Origin: Candidatus Jordarchaeales archaeon
Lineage (GTDB): Archaea; Asgardarchaeota; Jordiarchaeia; Jordiarchaeales; Freyrarchaeaceae
DNA: 32,000 nucleotides
NCBI GenBank assembly: GCA_038889235.1
Contig: JAWAHN010000002.1
Coordinates: 224,356 to 256,355 of the forward strand
Direction of reading: 5' to 3'
The notes beneath the pieces are model-generated. The model was given only the letters and a program-made list of their open reading frames with translations, had not been told where the DNA came from and ran no database searches. Below, one piece after another: positions 27,759-32,000 of this stretch; position 1 is the stretch's first letter; each line of letters opens with the position of its first letter. The translations under genes and the position numbers were made by a program.

Positions 27759-28868
27759 ATGGAGCGCAGCGGTGTCGCCGAACTTGTTCTCCACGACGGT
27801 ACTGCACCACGGTGGCTGTTCGAGCGTATGGTTAAGCTTGCGAAGCCCATAGTGTCAATCATAGTACTAGAGTATGGCGAAGAAGAGTTCCTGAGAAGAA
27901 TAGCTGACCCCTTCTGGTTTCAGGCATTGTCGTGCGTGCTTGGTTTTGACTGGCACAGTTCTGGTACAACTACAGTTACATGCTCTGCTTTAAAGTCAGC
28001 GTTGGATCCTAAGGAGCACGGGCTGATTGCTACTGGAGGCAAGGGAGCGGCTTCGCTCAAGACACCCGAAGAGATAACACGCGCGGGCGAAGTTTTCGGC
28101 TTCTCTGAAGGTGAAGTCGAAAGACTTGTTTATTCAAGCAGAATGGCCGCCAAGGTCGACAATGTGGCTATTCAAAGCGGCTACACCCTCTACCACCATG
28201 TAATGTTCATTTCTGAAAGTGGTAAGTGGGCGGTTGTCCAGCAAGGAATGAACCCCACATTCAAATCCGCTAGGCGGTATCACTGGCTCTCCGAGAAGGT
28301 TGCATCATTCGTAAATGAACCACACTCTGGCATAATCGGCGACATGGTGCATGAGCGTGTCCTGAATATGACCGCCAAAGAGAGCGAAGAGTGCAGGAAG
28401 ATCTCTCTCGACCTTGTCAAAGACAATCCTTTGCACCTCAAAAGCTACTTTTCAGCGGGAGACACGCAGAGAAGCCTTTCTGAATGGATTCCTAAAATAA
28501 ACGTGCCAAAACGGCTTAACATGCGTGTCAGCGTCAATTGGGAGGCCCTAAGAAAGGCTTATGAAGCGCAGCCAGAAAACTACGAACAACTCCTTGCAAT
28601 AAGGGGGATTGGTCCTGGAACTGTAAGAGCTTTAGCCTTAGTATCTGAACTAGTGTTTGGTGCCCCGCCAAGCTGGAAGGATCCCGTAAAATACTCTTTC
28701 GCTTTTGGCGGAAAGGACGGGGTTCCCTACCCAGTTGACAAAAAACGCATGGATGATGTGACCTCTTTCCTTGAAAGGGTAGTAGAGGAGGCGAAGATCG
28801 ACGTAAAAGAAAAAGTGGAACTTCTAAAGAAACTGAGAACACTTAGCGGCAGATATTTACGACTCTAG
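27759..28868 (+). CDS. DUF763 family protein
   Basis: LHDGTAPRWLFERM, DPFWFQA, DWHSSGTTT, LYHH, ARRYHW and FAFGGKDGVPYPV. Start at MERSG behind a GGTG RBS. Confidence 0.9.
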   Translation: MERSGVAELVLHDGTAPRWLFERMVKLAKPIVSIIVLEYGEEEFLRRIADPFWFQALSCVLGFDWHSSGTTTVTCSALKSALDPKEHGLIATGGKGAASLKTPEEITRAGEVFGFSEGEVERLVYSSRMAAKVDNVAIQSGYTLYHHVMFISESGKWAVVQQGMNPTFKSARRYHWLSEKVASFVNEPHSGIIGDMVHERVLNMTAKESEECRKISLDLVKDNPLHLKSYFSAGDTQRSLSEWIPKINVPKRLNMRVSVNWEALRKAYEAQPENYEQLLAIRGIGPGTVRALALVSELVFGAPPSWKDPVKYSFAFGGKDGVPYPVDKKRMDDVTSFLERVVEEAKIDVKEKVELLKKLRTLSGRYLRL

Positions 28869-29714
28869 TCGCTCAACCTCCTTAGCCACCACGTCCACTA
28901 GTAATGAAAACTCTTCAGCAATCTCCTCATAGCTGCTTATCTTGTTTGAGGGAAGTGGAGGAAGTTTTATCACAGTGTTCTTTTTAAGATAAGGTTCTAT
29001 GTTGACCGCCCTTATGCTGCCAGACGGAACCCCCTGCTTGACACACGTATTCACGCCCGTCCTGAAGCTTTTCGCATCAAATAAGACTGCTACCCCGGGG
29101 GCTACACCGATCGTAACATCGAAGGTTATCGATGGAATAGGGCAAACCATATCTTTATGCCCCTCGACTATGACGTGGTCGTATTTCTCCTTCACGAAAC
29201 TATAGCAACTCTCGATAGCACTCGGAGTCATCGAATCTCGTGTCCTCCTAAATTGTTCTTCGCTACTAAATCCGACGATTTTGGCGGCATACCCTTTCAA
29301 CTTAGCAATGAATTCTGGGTCAAGAGTTTTTGAAGCCAGTAGAGTGTTAACGTTCAAAATGTTAAATACTTTCTTGCTCTTAGAAATGGTGTACCTCTCA
29401 ATGACCACCTTCGAGCAAACACTCTCCTCGGAGATCTTAAGCAACTCCAACCTGTCAACCGGGTTAGTTACTTCGTATGGCAAATCGTCTAACATCGCAG
29501 CTTTATGAAGCTTTACGATGTCACCGCAAAAAAGGCGTCCCTCACTCTTACACATAAGATAAACGTCGTAGTCATACCACAAGTCGTGCTCCGAGAAAGC
29601 CTTGAAAACCCCTAAGTCAACCCCCCGCTTAACCAACCCTCTAGCTATAGCAGAGGAGACTACAGTTTTACCTGCATCTCCACCCACAAGCCCAAAGACG
29701 AAAATCGATACCAT
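28857..29714 (-). CDS. Predicted P-loop NTPase (dethiobiotin-synthase-like fold, COG4028-like)
   Basis: GGDAGKTVVS, VFKAFSEHDLWYD, NPVDRL and VIVEG. Overlaps the convergent DUF763 gene by 12 bp. Confidence 0.6.
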   Translation of the reverse strand: MVSIFVFGLVGGDAGKTVVSSAIARGLVKRGVDLGVFKAFSEHDLWYDYDVYLMCKSEGRLFCGDIVKLHKAAMLDDLPYEVTNPVDRLELLKISEESVCSKVVIERYTISKSKKVFNILNVNTLLASKTLDPEFIAKLKGYAAKIVGFSSEEQFRRTRDSMTPSAIESCYSFVKEKYDHVIVEGHKDMVCPIPSITFDVTIGVAPGVAVLFDAKSFRTGVNTCVKQGVPSGSIRAVNIEPYLKKNTVIKLPPLPSNKISSYEEIAEEFSLLVDVVAKEVERLES

Positions 29715-29815
29715 AAATCCACCCGTAAACGCAACATCCAGCTCCTATATAAAAGTAGATACAAAGAGAAAGTATTAACTTTAACTTCATAATTTGCCAT
29801 AGTTTTTCAGACAGA

Positions 29816-30817
29816 TTACCTCGTCCCATATATGTAATCTGCGAGCCTAACTATCCTCTTCAATATATTCGGGTGTGTACTGAAGATTTCTGCAATTCTA
29901 CTCCCCAACCCTATGGCTTTCTTTGCTCTCTCTTTCAGTAACAGAAGTTCATAAGAGTCTAATCTCCCATCCCTGTTAATATCCGCCTCCATTAGCAAGC
30001 GTAGCTCTTTCGAAACAGCATAAGATGGACTTACTGCGAGGAATGCCTTAATGTATTCAAGTTTCTTAACTTCCTCTCCTAGCATTTCTTTCCTTGCAAC
30101 ATTGTAGCGTGCTAGCTTGTAGAGGGCAGTAGCCATCACTTCCGGTCGACCAGTGAGTTCAACGCTCCTAGCGTCAGCATAGTACTCTCTGATCCTACTA
30201 AGGTACAGCAGGATGAGCTCCGTTACGTAGTACATGACCAGCGCGCCAAGCCCTATAAGCAAGGCGGCAGGTCCTCTTTCTCTATTACTATAACCGAAGA
30301 AGATCGTTGAAAGATAAATGTAGTAGCACATCAGAGGTATAACACTCAGCATGGTCATGATCAGCATATCCCTATGCTTTATGTGCCCTATTTCATGCCC
30401 TATAACGGCTTCCAGCTCGTCTTCACTGAGCATCTCCAACAAGGGCCGCGTAACACAGACACGCGCACCGCGCATAGTCCTCCCATAGGCAAATGCGTTT
30501 GGAACACTAATATCCGAAATCCCCACGCGTGGCATGGGAACGCCTGCTCGAGCTGCAACTCTCGCCACGATATTATATAATCGCGGGTTTTCATGTGGAC
30601 TGATATATCTTACTTTCATTACAAAGTCGACTGTTCTAGGACCTAGTATGTATTGTATCGCCATGACCATTACTGCAACTGCTAAGTAGAGCAACGGGAT
30701 CTCTATACCAACAAGGTACATGAGTACTGCTATCAATGCGTTAATAAGTGCAAACATTAACGTGACAACTAACAGCATACGTAGCTTGAGCCCCAACGTC
30801 CTCAAAAAGACCACCAT
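29816..30817 (-). CDS. htpX: HtpX family membrane zinc metalloprotease (M48)
   Basis: PNAFAYG, ELEAVIGHEIGH (HExxH), LSRIREYYAD and FSTHP, with four hydrophobic segments. Confidence 0.93.
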   Translation of the reverse strand: MVVFLRTLGLKLRMLLVVTLMFALINALIAVLMYLVGIEIPLLYLAVAVMVMAIQYILGPRTVDFVMKVRYISPHENPRLYNIVARVAARAGVPMPRVGISDISVPNAFAYGRTMRGARVCVTRPLLEMLSEDELEAVIGHEIGHIKHRDMLIMTMLSVIPLMCYYIYLSTIFFGYSNRERGPAALLIGLGALVMYYVTELILLYLSRIREYYADARSVELTGRPEVMATALYKLARYNVARKEMLGEEVKKLEYIKAFLAVSPSYAVSKELRLLMEADINRDGRLDSYELLLLKERAKKAIGLGSRIAEIFSTHPNILKRIVRLADYIYGTR

Positions 30818-31325
30818 GTAATTACTCCAATCAAATTCTTTTTATTCTTTTCTCTTTTATTGCATAAAAAAGGCTTTTTTTCCGTTACTTAATGTTTTAC
30901 TTATTTTTTGGTTAAATGGTTTCATTTCCTGGTTGATTTTGGATAAGTGAGGCGCAAAATGCTTCAACAGCCTGGCAGCAGGCTAAAACCTAGATTGAAA
31001 GCCATTAAGTGAACAGCAGTGTTACGTTGGCATTTACTTGTTGGTTTTTTCATAGACACTTTAAGTCAACTGTGCCCCTCTAAAGACACATTTTTCGATT
31101 TACATTGTAGCAAGCCTTTACCAGTCTGGGCAGCATCTATGTGGCTTCAGAGCCATCTAAAAACCCGCCAGACACGCTTTAAAACACTTGTGTAAGCCCA
31201 CAAAACCTAGCTTCCCGCATGGTTTGCTCAAAATGTTTTTTAAGTTAAGATATCCATTATTAATGGAGAGGATCTAGGAAGAATTTTTGAAGTGAATGTT
31301 GGTTTAAGAAAGGGCGGTAAGAGAG

Positions 31326-32000
31326 ATGCTAGAATTCGTTGAGAAGGGCTCTGGTCTTTCACATAAGATTTATGTTGTCGATGCACATCACCATCTAGGT
31401 GCCGATAGAGATGGTCAGAGTAACCGTAACCCAGCTGCTCCAGGAGGCACATTCGACTTTTGCGTTAGACTGAGTAGCCACGTCGCAAAGATGCTTGCAG
31501 ACGGAAAAGTTGACCTTAAATTTCAACCACACGGCTTCCTAAAAGAGCTCTTGGAAAGCGAGGAAAAGTGGAGGGATACGCTTAACGGAACTTGGGTGAT
31601 AGATAAAACCGTTGTTTTTCCTTTCAACGACGAGTTTAAATGGAAGGAGGGGGATGAGGGAAAAGCAACTTACTGGAGATCGAATGACAACATTTACAGG
31701 TGGGTTTCACGAGCCCCTTACTCGTTGAAGCTGATAGGTTACCTGCGCCTAGTCCCTCATGAAGGTGAGCTAGCCATAAGAGAACTTCACAGGGCGGTCA
31801 AACAACTTGGTTTAAGGGGCGTAAAGCTACATCCACGTTCCGATGGCTGGAGTAACGAAATAGACTCCGAGCCTGTTGAAAACCTCCTCGTCGAGGCGGC
31901 CAAACTGGGGGTTCCCGTGATATTCGACACTCGTGGATTCAACCAAGTGGTAGACATAGCATCGGTAACTGTTAAAGCGAGAGCCAGGCTTGCAAGAATT
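31326..32000 (+). CDS. Amidohydrolase-family (TIM-barrel metallohydrolase) protein, 3'-truncated by window edge; absent from ORF track
   Basis: Manual translation gives MLEF...VVDAHHHLG...VVFPF...LGLRGVKLHP...VPVIFDT, with the frame open to the window end (225 codons). Confidence 0.8.
   Translation, partial: MLEFVEKGSGLSHKIYVVDAHHHLGADRDGQSNRNPAAPGGTFDFCVRLSSHVAKMLADGKVDLKFQPHGFLKELLESEEKWRDTLNGTWVIDKTVVFPFNDEFKWKEGDEGKATYWRSNDNIYRWVSRAPYSLKLIGYLRLVPHEGELAIRELHRAVKQLGLRGVKLHPRSDGWSNEIDSEPVENLLVEAAKLGVPVIFDTRGFNQVVDIASVTVKARARLARI

Noticed and set aside
532-31452. Numerous 60-170 aa ORFs in the track overlapping assigned genes (e.g. 4136-4519, 18523-18978, 24217-24735, 28534-28842, 31240-31452)
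   Set aside because: They are antisense or alternate-frame shadows of genes with clear family motifs and have no motifs of their own.
1-32000. CRISPR arrays, rRNA/tRNA genes, IS elements, integrases
   Set aside because: I saw no regularly spaced repeats, tRNA/rRNA signatures, terminal inverted repeats or recombinase motifs on manual reading.

Overview
Gene-dense archaeal window with GGTG/GGAGG-type ribosome-binding sites and frequent GTG/TTG starts. It is most likely from an Asgard-type archaeon (inference from a Rab/Ras-like small GTPase plus a cluster of three Roadblock/LC7 genes and an MglA-like GTPase). About 32 CDSs were identified, mostly metabolic or housekeeping: MBL hydrolase, enolase-superfamily enzyme, GalT, fused CoA-transferase, MazG-like protein, Mn-PPase, ADP-forming acyl-CoA ligase alpha, DUF72, radical SAM, PAC2, crotonase, nucleotidyltransferase, GlmU, YjjX, Xaa-Pro peptidase, homocitrate synthase-like enzyme, DUF763, P-loop protein, HtpX and an amidohydrolase. 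I saw no rRNA, tRNA, CRISPR array, transposase or integrase. The most unusual element is a tandem pair of polytopic-membrane subtilases (2511-7278) with a non-canonical active site. Their catalytic scaffold is 100% identical at nucleotide level in three tracts (168, 86 and 87 bp), interrupted by synonymously diverged segments at active-site or substrate-binding loops, which suggests patchy gene conversion. Also notable are the MglA/MglB/Roadblock module, a Rab-like GTPase with altered G3/G4 motifs, an unlisted 48-aa Zn-ribbon gene, a probable ATT-initiated gene and an EF-hand loop in HtpX. All assignments come from motif recognition by eye; no searches were run.
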